Of a DNA stretch of 64,000 nt, positions 8,954-17,276 are shown piece by piece (positions within the stretch are counted from its first letter, which is position 1; every line of letters begins with the position of its first letter). Source of the DNA: an uncultured Chryseobacterium sp. (lineage in GTDB: Bacteria > Bacteroidota > Bacteroidia > UBA10329); assembly GCA_964500205.1 (NCBI GenBank), contig CAZCNS010000001.1:433000-496999 (forward strand), written 5' to 3'. Below the pieces are notes generated by a model. That model was given only the letters and a program-made list of their open reading frames with translations, made no database searches and was not told the origin of the DNA. The translations under genes were made by a program, and so were the position numbers.

Positions 8954-10381
8954 ATGAAAGTATTCAACCGTACCAAGATCATCGCCACCATAGGCCCTGC
9001 GTCAAGCTCGATAGAGGAGCTGGAGAGCATGGTACGAGCCGGGATGTCAATCGCCCGTCTGAACTTCTCGCACGGGAGCTACGAGGATCATGCCAAGGTC
9101 ATTACCCACATCAAGGACATTAACAATCGGCTGGGGACCCATGTGGGCCTGTTGGCAGACCTGCAGGGGCCGAAGATCCGGCTCGGGGAGGTAAAAGGTG
9201 AGGGGATTTTCATCGGAAAGGGCAGCGAATTGGTGATTACTTCAGAGAAATGTGAAGGCGATGAGAAGCGCGTTCACATCACTTACAAAAGCTTCGCATC
9301 TGACGTGGTAGCAGGAGACAGGATCCTAATCAACGATGGCAAACTGGTGCTCCGCGTGAAGGAGACGGACGGCAAGGCCAATGTCACCGCCATAGTCGAA
9401 CACGGGGGCCTCATGGAATCGCGAAAAGGTGTGAACCTGCCCAACACGGCCATCTCACTGCCATCGTTGACCGAAAAGGACTTACAAGACCTTGATTTCG
9501 CTCTTGCCAATGACATCGACTGGGTTGGGCTGTCATTTGTCCGCAAGGCCAAAGATGTGATGGAATTGAAGCAGCGCATCGCAGCAAGCGGCAAAGAAAC
9601 CAAGGTGGTGGCCAAGATCGAGAAGCCCGAAGCGGTGAAGGACATCAGCAGCATCATCCGCCAATCAGACGCTGTGATGGTGGCACGAGGCGACCTTGGT
9701 GTAGAACTGCCGATGCATGAGCTGCCGGTCATTCAGAAAATGATTGTACGCAAGTGCCTGGCCGATGCCAAACCTGTGATCATCGCCACGCAGATGATGG
9801 AGAGCATGATCGTGAACCCCTCGCCATCGCGGGCAGAGGTAAACGATGTGGCCAACTCTGTGATGGACGGAGCCGATGCTGTGATGCTCAGTGGCGAGAC
9901 CAGCGTAGGCGCGCATCCTGCCAAGGTGGTAGAGGCCATGAGCAGGATCGTGAGCCACGTGGAGCAATTCTCAGACATCTATCATCGCCAGCTAATCGTT
10001 AGCAGCAGACCCGACCGCGCCATCAGCGATGCCATCTGCCGCAGCGCAGTGGAACTGACCAAGGAGACCAACGCGGCTGGCATCATTACCATGACCAACT
10101 CGGGCTACACAGGTTTCCGCATCTCAAGCTACAGGCCCAGGTCGCCCATCTTCGTGTTCACCGACAACCGCAGCATCCTCACCACCCTCAATCTCGTTTG
10201 GGGCGTGCGCGGCTTCTACTATGACCGCTACACCAGCACAGACGAGACCATTGCCGAGATCAAGGACATCCTTAAGAAAGAAGGAATGGTGAAGGAGGAC
10301 GACCTCATCGTGAACATCGCCAGCATGCCGATAACCGACCGCGGTGCAGCCAACATGCTCAAATTGAGCCACGTGGAGTGA
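8954..10381 (+). CDS. pyk: Pyruvate kinase
   Basis: It has the canonical N-terminus (TKIIATIGPASSSIEELESMVRAGMSIARLNFSHGSYEDH) and conserved K/Mg-site motifs (..MVARGDLGVE.., ..SGETS.G..P). At 475 aa it includes the C-terminal regulatory domain. Confidence 0.95.
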   Translation: MKVFNRTKIIATIGPASSSIEELESMVRAGMSIARLNFSHGSYEDHAKVITHIKDINNRLGTHVGLLADLQGPKIRLGEVKGEGIFIGKGSELVITSEKCEGDEKRVHITYKSFASDVVAGDRILINDGKLVLRVKETDGKANVTAIVEHGGLMESRKGVNLPNTAISLPSLTEKDLQDLDFALANDIDWVGLSFVRKAKDVMELKQRIAASGKETKVVAKIEKPEAVKDISSIIRQSDAVMVARGDLGVELPMHELPVIQKMIVRKCLADAKPVIIATQMMESMIVNPSPSRAEVNDVANSVMDGADAVMLSGETSVGAHPAKVVEAMSRIVSHVEQFSDIYHRQLIVSSRPDRAISDAICRSAVELTKETNAAGIITMTNSGYTGFRISSYRPRSPIFVFTDNRSILTTLNLVWGVRGFYYDRYTSTDETIAEIKDILKKEGMVKEDDLIVNIASMPITDRGAANMLKLSHVE

Positions 10382-10392
10382 GAAGTGAATCA

Positions 10393-10478
10393 GGAAATGG
10401 AAAATGGAAAATTGTATCGCTGGTGCAATCATCAGGAGAAAGTCTACCATTTTCCATTCCCCCAATTTCCATTTTCCC
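10393..10478. repeat. Array of TGGAAA(A) heptamers, three direct copies then about three inverted copies, forming a long imperfect inverted repeat in the pyk-M42 intergenic region
   Basis: The sequence is GGAAATGGAAAATGGAAAATT ..33 nt.. CCATTTTCCATTCCCCCAATTTCCATTTTCCC. It could fold as a large terminator hairpin for pyk or serve as a repeated protein-binding site upstream of the M42 gene. Confidence 0.6.
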
Positions 10479-10531
10479 TCTTCTAAAGGTGTAAGTTTGT
10501 CCCTCATTTCCCAATAGGTAAAAGACGAAGA

Positions 10532-11578
10532 ATGGCTTTGAACGTAGAACTGCTCGCAGAAATATGTGAGGTGGCCGGTGCCCCTGGCTATGAGAAACGC
10601 ATCCGCGAGATCGTGATGCGCGAGGTGACCCCCTTAGTGGATGAGGTTTCCATTGACAACATGGGTAACGTGACTGCCCTCAAGAAAGGCCGCGAGCCTA
10701 AGAAAGTGATGGTGGCCGCCCACATGGACGAGATTGCTTTCATCGTCACTCATATTGATGATAAAGGTTTCCTTCGCTTTCACACCCTCGGAGGATTCGA
10801 TCCGAAGACCCTGACCGCGCAGCGTGTGATCGTGCATGGAAAAAAAGACCTCGTTGGCGTCATGGGCAGTAAGCCCATCCATGTGATGACGGCCGAGGAA
10901 CGCACCAAGCCCCCCAAGATCACCGACTTTTTCATTGACCTTGGCATGCCCAAGGAAGAGGTGGTCAAGTATATTTCAATAGGCGATGTGGTGACCCGCG
11001 AACGCAAGCTCATCGAAATGGGCAACTGCGTCAACTGCAAGAGCATCGACAACCGTATATCGGTATTCATCCTCATCGAGGCGTTGCGCACTCTCGGTGA
11101 CGTGCCTTACGATGTGTACGGGGTATTCACCGTGCAGGAAGAGATCGGCATACGCGGGGCCAACGTATCCGCCTTGCAGCACCAGCCCGACTTCGGATTC
11201 GGACTCGACACCACCATCGCGTTCGATGTGCCGGGCGCGCAAGCGCACGAGATGATCACTGAGCTGGGCAAAGGCACTGCCATCAAGATCATGGACTCAA
11301 GCACCGTGTGCGACTACCGCATGGTGGAATACATGAAACAGACAGCCGATAAGCATAAGGTGAAATGGCAGCCCGAAGTGCTTACGGGCGGTGGCACCGA
11401 CACTGCTGGCATCCAACGCATGACGGCCGGTGGAGCCATCGCAGGGGCCATCAGCATCCCTACACGCCACATCCATCAAGTGATCGAGATGGCTGACAAG
11501 GATGACATTCAGGGAAGCATAGACCTGCTGCAACATTGCCTGAGTGAACTGGACACATTTGACTGGAATCACCGTTGA
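10532..11578 (+). CDS. M42 family metallopeptidase (glutamyl aminopeptidase / FrvX-like)
   Basis: Key motifs are ..VMVAAHMDEIAF.. and ..GTDT/GGGTDTAG... It has the overall M42 architecture at 348 aa. Confidence 0.85.
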   Translation: MALNVELLAEICEVAGAPGYEKRIREIVMREVTPLVDEVSIDNMGNVTALKKGREPKKVMVAAHMDEIAFIVTHIDDKGFLRFHTLGGFDPKTLTAQRVIVHGKKDLVGVMGSKPIHVMTAEERTKPPKITDFFIDLGMPKEEVVKYISIGDVVTRERKLIEMGNCVNCKSIDNRISVFILIEALRTLGDVPYDVYGVFTVQEEIGIRGANVSALQHQPDFGFGLDTTIAFDVPGAQAHEMITELGKGTAIKIMDSSTVCDYRMVEYMKQTADKHKVKWQPEVLTGGGTDTAGIQRMTAGGAIAGAISIPTRHIHQVIEMADKDDIQGSIDLLQHCLSELDTFDWNHR

Positions 11579-11589
11579 TGTATGGAATC

Positions 11590-11631
11590 TCGATGCGAAT
11601 CGCATCATGAAGGCAATATCCTTCGCATCGA
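11590..11631. promoter_or_regulatory. Nested palindrome: TCGATGCGAA followed by two copies of its complement (TCGCATC immediately after, then TTCGCATCGA 22 nt later). These could be mutually exclusive hairpins (terminator/attenuator-like) between the M42 gene and tonB
   Basis: The region 11590-11606 contains the 15-bp palindrome GATGCGAaTCGCATC. The segment 11622-11631 is the exact reverse complement of 11590-11599. A T-rich tract follows (cctttacttttac). Confidence 0.4.
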
Positions 11632-11675
11632 TACGTTGAAACCTTTACTTTTACCCACCTGAAATCCCAAGTTTC

Positions 11676-12356
11676 ATGGAAATCAAAAAGAACCCATCTG
11701 CCGACCTCGAAAAGAAGCGTTCGCTCTTCATGCTGGCCGGCTACGTAGTTGCACTCTCGGTAGTGCTCGTGGCCTTTGAGTGGAAAACCTTCGAGCGTGG
11801 TGCCGGTGATCTAGGAACCCTTATCATTGATGACCTCGAAGAGGAGATCATCCCTATCACCGAGCAGGAGATCAAACCACCACCGCCACCACCGCCACCA
11901 CCGCCTCCCGCACCCGAGATTGAGGTGGTGGATGACGATGTGGAGATTGAGGACGAGGTGGAGATCGCGGATGTGGAGGCAGACGCCACTACCGAGATCA
12001 TCGAGATCGAGCAACCGGCCGAGGAAGAACCGCAGGAGCCTGATTTCTTCACCATTGTAGAAGACATGCCTGCATTCCCCGGGGGCGATGCGGCCCTGCT
12101 GAAATACATCGCTGAGAACGTTAAGTACCCGCCCATTGCCAAAGAGAACGGCATCACAGGTGTGGTCTATGTGAGTTACATCGTTGACAAGGACGGTTCT
12201 ATCAAGGATGTGAAAGTGGTGCGAGGTGCAGACCCCTTCCTCGACAAGGAAGCAATGCGCGTAGTGAGCGGCATCAAAGGCTACAAACCCGGCAAGCAGC
12301 GCGGCAAGCCAGTACCGGTGCAGTTCACCATTCCGATCCGCTTCGTCCTGAACTGA
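11676..12356 (+). CDS. tonB: Energy transducer TonB (N-terminal anchor, poly-Pro/acidic linker, TonB C-terminal domain)
   Basis: It has a single TM segment (LFMLAGYVVALSVVLVAF) and a 13-residue Pro run (PPPPPPPPPPPAP) followed by an E/D/V-rich linker. The C-terminal TonB fold signature is ..PAFPGG..A..GITGVVYVSYIVDKDGSI..V.. Confidence 0.85.
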   Translation: MEIKKNPSADLEKKRSLFMLAGYVVALSVVLVAFEWKTFERGAGDLGTLIIDDLEEEIIPITEQEIKPPPPPPPPPPPAPEIEVVDDDVEIEDEVEIADVEADATTEIIEIEQPAEEEPQEPDFFTIVEDMPAFPGGDAALLKYIAENVKYPPIAKENGITGVVYVSYIVDKDGSIKDVKVVRGADPFLDKEAMRVVSGIKGYKPGKQRGKPVPVQFTIPIRFVLN

Positions 12357-12376
12357 GTCTACAGTTGACCGAATTG

Positions 12377-12413
12377 AAAGCCCGTTCCATCTCTATGGAG
12401 CGGGCTTTTTTCA
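12377..12413. terminator. Bidirectional rho-independent terminator between tonB and the convergent acyltransferase gene
   Basis: The sequence aaAGCCCGTTCCatctctatgGGAGCGGGCTtttttt forms a 10-bp stem with one G-U pair. A T-run follows on the + strand and an A-run precedes it. Confidence 0.8.
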
Positions 12414-12414
12414 T

Positions 12415-13683
12415 TCACGGATAAGTGGCAATCAAGGATAAGATGCGGTCACTCAGAAACTGCATCTCCGCAGGGGGCATGATCTGGTGAAACCCTCCGA
12501 ACACCACCCGCAACTTTCCATTCTCCCGCAGGAAAACCACGCTGAGTCCGGGCGGTACGGGAACAGGAGGGATATGTGCCATGTGCAGTATCTCCTCTCC
12601 AAGGAAATACCTGAGGGGTTCGCGTTCCTCGCCAAGGTCGCTGAAAGCCATTGTGCTGATGCGACCACCGGTGGTGAGTCCGACCATGGCGTTCATCAAC
12701 CAGAAAGGCATGAACCGAAGCACGCGCTGCACGGCTGCCTGATGATGCAGTGAGCCTTTCCTGATCTGTGCGGTGAGCTGTTTCTGGATGGCAGCCACTG
12801 CACGCTCAACTGTGCGCAGATCATCACGCATCAACTTGAAAAAAAGGAATGACAGGTCGTTACCGACCAGATGCCCCTCCCCTCCCCTTCTGCGCATATC
12901 GTGAGGCACCGGCACCCAGAAATACGGAGCCTGATCCCCACGTCTGTCCAACAATTCACGCAATGCCACCAGTGTTGCTGCGAGATAAAAAGCACTGCGA
13001 CCCGGTCGTGAACCGGCCGCGCGGGCCGCTGCATCAGAGCCGGTGGTCTGCTCTTCGCTCAATTCGAGTTCAAGGAACACGGGTGCGTCAGAGACGGTCG
13101 TGGTCTTGTCGGCCAAGGTGGCCAACTTCCAGCCTCCTGAACCTATGGCCGAGAACATGCCTCGCACCGCGTCCTTAAAATCGGTCCAACTGTCTATGCT
13201 CGACTTAGCGATGAAAAACCGGTGCGGTGCGGTGCCACCCGCTATTGAGCGCAGAAACAACATCATGCCACGATGGTCGAACAAGGCATGATGCATGGCG
13301 ACAAGCAGGTGTTTATCACCATTATTGAGAGTACACAGATCAATGCGCACAGGCACGGAGGTCAGCTCTACAGATGCATTGATGAGCGCGTCCAACCCGA
13401 CCTTGGTAGTGTCATTCTGCTCAAAAACAGCACTGGTCGAATCATCCGCCTCTACCCATTTCGGGGCAAAAGGCCAACGGTGTCGCAGCCGAAGGCGACT
13501 TACCCGATGCAATGTGGAATCGTTCCGCAAGGCATCTGCAAGGCGACTCATATCCGCATCGAGAGCAAGCCGGAGATGGAATCGGGAGATATTGCCAGAG
13601 AGCCTGCGTTGGCGCATCTGCCGGTCGATAAGCAGATGAAAGTGGTCGGCCCCAGTGAGCTGGTGTCCGTTCTCTGCCATCAC
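12415..13683 (-). CDS. Condensation-domain / WS-DGAT-like acyltransferase with an HHxxxD-type motif, probably using the upstream ACP
   Basis: A ..VAMHHALFDHRGMMLF.. motif lies about 130 aa from the N-terminus, the position of the HHxxxDG catalytic motif in NRPS C-domains, PapA5 and wax-ester-synthase/DGAT enzymes. The start codon overlaps the stop of the ACP gene (ATGA at 13680-13683). Confidence 0.5.
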   Translation of the reverse strand: MMAENGHQLTGADHFHLLIDRQMRQRRLSGNISRFHLRLALDADMSRLADALRNDSTLHRVSRLRLRHRWPFAPKWVEADDSTSAVFEQNDTTKVGLDALINASVELTSVPVRIDLCTLNNGDKHLLVAMHHALFDHRGMMLFLRSIAGGTAPHRFFIAKSSIDSWTDFKDAVRGMFSAIGSGGWKLATLADKTTTVSDAPVFLELELSEEQTTGSDAAARAAGSRPGRSAFYLAATLVALRELLDRRGDQAPYFWVPVPHDMRRRGGEGHLVGNDLSFLFFKLMRDDLRTVERAVAAIQKQLTAQIRKGSLHHQAAVQRVLRFMPFWLMNAMVGLTTGGRISTMAFSDLGEEREPLRYFLGEEILHMAHIPPVPVPPGLSVVFLRENGKLRVVFGGFHQIMPPAEMQFLSDRILSLIATYP

Positions 13684-13940
13684 TTCAGCGGTCGGCCATG
13701 TGCAAGCACACAGCGGGCAAGGTCAGCCACGGTGCGCGTGTTCTCGGCCGTTAGGTATTGCATGGGCACCTCCAGTCCGAACTGCTCTTCTGTGTGCATG
13801 GCGAGTTCGACAATAGTGACCGAATCCACATCCAACAAAAGGAGGTCGGTGCCTGCATCCACCGCAACGCCCTCGGCCAGCACATGGCGTTCGAGGTGAG
13901 CGATGAGCGATTTGCAGATATTGTCTTCGGTAGGCGACAT
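13680..13940 (-). CDS. Acyl carrier protein (discrete ACP, 86 aa); it is hidden inside a longer chimeric ORF in the six-frame track
   Basis: The sequence MSPTEDNICKSLIAHLERHVLAEGVAVDAGTDLLLLDVDSVTIVELAMHTEEQFGLEVP.. has the phosphopantetheine attachment motif (L)DSV followed by the helix-II pattern IVEL...E..FG. The rest of ORF 13680..14648 is antisense to the CrtI-like gene and not coding. Confidence 0.75.
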   Translation of the reverse strand: MSPTEDNICKSLIAHLERHVLAEGVAVDAGTDLLLLDVDSVTIVELAMHTEEQFGLEVPMQYLTAENTRTVADLARCVLAHGRPLK

Positions 13941-13985
13941 CAATGTGCGGACAAAGGTAGCTGATGCTATGGCGTAAAGGCATGA

Positions 13986-15473
13986 TTGCCGTCCTTTGCG
14001 GCTGTGGCAGATCGGACACGTACAGCAGCTGTGATAGGCGCGGGCATCGCTGGGCTGGCGATGGCGGTGCGACTTGCGCGGCAAGGTTTCAAGGTCACGG
14101 TTTTCGAGAGCCACGATGCCCCTGGCGGAAAAGTGGCCGAGCTGAGGATGGACGGTTTCCGCTTCGACATGGGGCCATCGGTGCTCACCATGCCCCACTA
14201 TATCGATGAGCTTTTCACGCTCTGCGATGAGAATCCCCGAGACCATTTCACCTATCACCGTCTCGACCCCATATTCCGGTATTTCTTTACCGATGGCACA
14301 GAACTGACCACCCCTGCCGACCCCGAACTGCTGGCGCATGAGTTGGCGGCCAAGACAACAGTGCAGCGAGAAACGGTGCTCCGGTTCCTGCGCAGGTCGA
14401 GGGAGAAGATGGAGCTGACCGACCCAGTATTCCTTCAACGGTCCTTGCACAGGTGGCGCAACTACCTTGACCGTGCCACAATGCGAGGAGTGGTCAACTT
14501 CCGCAAAGTGGAGGCATTCACTACAATGGCCAAAGCCAACGCCCGCCTGTTCAGAGACCCCAAGGTGGAGCAGATCTTCAATAGCTACGCGAGCTACAAT
14601 GGCTCTGACCCCTACCAGGCACCGGCCACGCTCAACCTCATCTCGCACTACGAGATCACGCTAGGTGCGTTTCACTGCGAAGGCGGCATGTACACCATTG
14701 CCCTCGCTCTCACTGCACTTGCACAGCGGCAAGGTGTTGAATTCCAATTTGGCTCCCATGTAGAACGCATCAACGTGCGTAAAGGCGCGGTTACGGGGGT
14801 GCGGGCCAACGGTGAGGAAATGCTTTTCGACACGGTGGTGAGCAACGCTGATGTCAACACCACCTTCGACCGCCTTCTGCCCGGCCAGCGCAGGCCGTCA
14901 CTCACGCTCGACCGCCCGAAATCAGGGTCGGTCATCGTGTTTCTCTGGGGAATGGGAAAGACCTTTCCGAGGCTGCATTTCCATAACATGTTCCTCGCCC
15001 CTGACCAGAGAGAGGAGTACCGTCACATCTTTCAACTGAACGATATTTGCGATGACCCCTCGGTCTATGTGCATATCGGCAGTAAAGCCAATGCGGAAGA
15101 TGCGCCAGAGGGCTGCGAGAACTGGTTCGTTATGGTGAGCGTGCCGCACGACTGCGGACAGGATTGGTCGGCCATGGTGCAGCGCACGAGAACCAATGTA
15201 CTACGCAGGCTCAAAGAGCAGCTTGGTGAGGACGTGGAGCCATTCATCCGCTGCGAGCAGGTGATGACACCACCCGACATTGCACAGCGGACCTCCAGCC
15301 ACCTCGGAGCTGTCTATGGCAACAGTAGCAACGGAATGTTCTCGGCTTTCCTCAGGCATCCCAATTTCTCATCGGGCATAAAAGGGCTGTATTTCTGCGG
15401 GGGCAGTGTGCATCCAGGCAGCGGGATTCCTCTATGCCTGCTATCTGCGAAGATCACTGCGGGGATGGTTTAA
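13986..15473 (+). CDS. Phytoene desaturase (CrtI/CrtD) family FAD-dependent oxidoreductase
   Basis: It has an N-terminal dinucleotide-binding motif (AAVIGAGIAGLAMAVRLARQGFKVTVFES..PGGK) and a C-terminal CrtI-family signature (..GLYFCGGSVHPGSGIP..). The true start may be a non-ATG codon near the GxGxxG motif. Confidence 0.75.
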   Translation: MPSFAAVADRTRTAAVIGAGIAGLAMAVRLARQGFKVTVFESHDAPGGKVAELRMDGFRFDMGPSVLTMPHYIDELFTLCDENPRDHFTYHRLDPIFRYFFTDGTELTTPADPELLAHELAAKTTVQRETVLRFLRRSREKMELTDPVFLQRSLHRWRNYLDRATMRGVVNFRKVEAFTTMAKANARLFRDPKVEQIFNSYASYNGSDPYQAPATLNLISHYEITLGAFHCEGGMYTIALALTALAQRQGVEFQFGSHVERINVRKGAVTGVRANGEEMLFDTVVSNADVNTTFDRLLPGQRRPSLTLDRPKSGSVIVFLWGMGKTFPRLHFHNMFLAPDQREEYRHIFQLNDICDDPSVYVHIGSKANAEDAPEGCENWFVMVSVPHDCGQDWSAMVQRTRTNVLRRLKEQLGEDVEPFIRCEQVMTPPDIAQRTSSHLGAVYGNSSNGMFSAFLRHPNFSSGIKGLYFCGGSVHPGSGIPLCLLSAKITAGMV

Positions 15474-15475
15474 GA

Positions 15476-17167
15476 CTACTTGTACTTCCTTCGCCTTATG
15501 GCCGAGTATGTAAGCACCACAAGGAAGAACGCTGCCGCCCAGAGACCATAGACACTGATCTCGGGCATACCGTGAATATAACGCATCTCAGGGCCGAAAT
15601 CCGCGGTCATTGTAATGGCAGAGCCGATGATGAACGCTACCGTTAGAAAAGTAAGCGACATGCGGTTGGCCACGCTGTCCATCTTCTTCAGCAGATAGCC
15701 ATACCCCTGCAGCTCCACCTCAAAGTGCAACTTTCCCTGTTGCGCTTTTGCCAACAGGCTCCGGATGTCCTTCGGGAAGGCCTTGACGAAAGCATTGACC
15801 TGATCGAACTGTTCAGAGAAATCGGTCCACATATTCTTAGGCGAATAGCGGTCCTTGATGAGTTTCATCCCGTAAGGCCGGATGAAATCGTAGGTGTTGA
15901 AATGTGGGTGGATGCTCTTGCCGATACCCTCCAGGATGGCGAATGCACGGAAGATGAGGAAAACACCGCCTGGCACTCGTATCTGATAATCGTACATGAT
16001 CTTCTGCAGCCTCTCTACCACATCGGCAATGCTGCTCTCGTCCACATCAAGCTGCGTGAAGTCCTCGATGAGCTCATTGAGGTCGTACTCCAGCTGACGC
16101 ATGTCCTCCACCTTGTCCTCGATCGCCAGCGCACGCATGGCAAGGGCCATCTTGCGGGCATTGGACTCTGCCATGCCGATGAAGATGTCGGCAAAGGCAT
16201 ATTTGTCCTTGCGCATCATGGTGCCCACCATGCCGAAATCAAGCAGACAGATGACCCCGTCCTTGCGAACAAGCACATTGCCCGGATGCGGGTCGGCATG
16301 GAAAATACCGAACTCGAAGATCTGGGTAAGGTAGATGTCCATGCCGTTCTCGGCCACCTTGCGCGGATCGAGTCCCCAGGCGCGCATCTGCGCCACATCC
16401 GAGATCTTGGCACCTGACACGAACTCCATCACCAGCATGTTCTCCGTGCAATACTCACGGAATGCCTTGGGGATGTAAAAATTCTTGTAGTCCTTGTAAA
16501 GCGCGCGGAAACGGTCGAGGTTTCGCGCCTCGTTGCGGTAGTCCAGCTCCTTGTTCATGCTCCGCTCAAAGGAGCGGACGAGGTCGGGGGCATTCATTAC
16601 GCCCTGCTTGCGCAAGTACCGGTCTGCCCGATTCACGGCATCTACCAAAATGGCCAGGTCGCTCTCCACCTGCTCCTTCACCTCCGGGCGCTGAATCTTG
16701 ACGACAACCTGCGTGCCGTCCTTCAGTTTAGCCTTGTGTACCTGCCCGATGGAGGCCGATGCAAGGGGCTTCTCATTGAACACGGCAAAGACATCCTCCA
16801 GCTTCTTGCCGGTATCTTTTTCTATAATGGCCTTCACACTCTCGAACGCAAAGGGCGCGACATTGTCCTGCAGCTTTTCAAACTCCGCAATGAGCGGGGC
16901 GGGCAACATGTCGGGCCTGTTGCTGAGCACCTGTGCCAGCTTCACGAAGGTGGGGCCAAGCTCCTCGCATACCATGCGGATGCGTTCCCATCGACTGTAC
17001 TGGAACACAGGCTTATCGGCCCTCATCCACGACAGTCTGATCTTCTCTGTGACGAAGTTCCGGAGGGTGCTATTGGTCACCACATCCTCAAAACCGTACT
17101 TCACCAGCACCGCGATTATCTCGCGGATACGACCGATGTTCTTGAATGTCTGACCGTTGAGAAGCAT
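15476..17167 (-). CDS. ABC1/UbiB family atypical protein kinase
   Basis: It has the kinase-like ABC1 motifs (..ASASIGQVHKAKLKDG..VVVKIQRP.., ..HADPHPGNVLV.., DFGMVG) and C-terminal TM segments. The ORF extends to 17251, but the probable start is the Met of MLLNGQTFKNIGRIREI.. at 17167, which avoids overlap with the divergent M28 gene. Confidence 0.85.
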   Translation of the reverse strand: MLLNGQTFKNIGRIREIIAVLVKYGFEDVVTNSTLRNFVTEKIRLSWMRADKPVFQYSRWERIRMVCEELGPTFVKLAQVLSNRPDMLPAPLIAEFEKLQDNVAPFAFESVKAIIEKDTGKKLEDVFAVFNEKPLASASIGQVHKAKLKDGTQVVVKIQRPEVKEQVESDLAILVDAVNRADRYLRKQGVMNAPDLVRSFERSMNKELDYRNEARNLDRFRALYKDYKNFYIPKAFREYCTENMLVMEFVSGAKISDVAQMRAWGLDPRKVAENGMDIYLTQIFEFGIFHADPHPGNVLVRKDGVICLLDFGMVGTMMRKDKYAFADIFIGMAESNARKMALAMRALAIEDKVEDMRQLEYDLNELIEDFTQLDVDESSIADVVERLQKIMYDYQIRVPGGVFLIFRAFAILEGIGKSIHPHFNTYDFIRPYGMKLIKDRYSPKNMWTDFSEQFDQVNAFVKAFPKDIRSLLAKAQQGKLHFEVELQGYGYLLKKMDSVANRMSLTFLTVAFIIGSAITMTADFGPEMRYIHGMPEISVYGLWAAAFFLVVLTYSAIRRRKYK

Positions 17168-17276
17168 GCTTGGGGGAGGGTGTGCGAAAGTAGCAATAAT
17201 GCAAGCCAAGGATGTCAGAAAGCTACCTGCCGACACCATTTCTACCCTCAAGGGTCACCGCCTAACTTTGCCCGTG

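Noticed and set aside
11741-12157. Antisense ORF with a G13 run (GGGGGGGGGGGGG)
   Set aside because: It is the reverse complement of the TonB poly-proline tract (CCN codons), not a gene.
13941-14648. The N-terminal about 236 codons of the 322-aa ORF 13680..14648 (-)
   Set aside because: This part is antisense to the well-supported CrtI-family gene, and its composition is Arg/His/Gly-rich as expected from reverse-frame reading of high-GC coding DNA. Only the last 86 codons (the ACP) look like a real protein.
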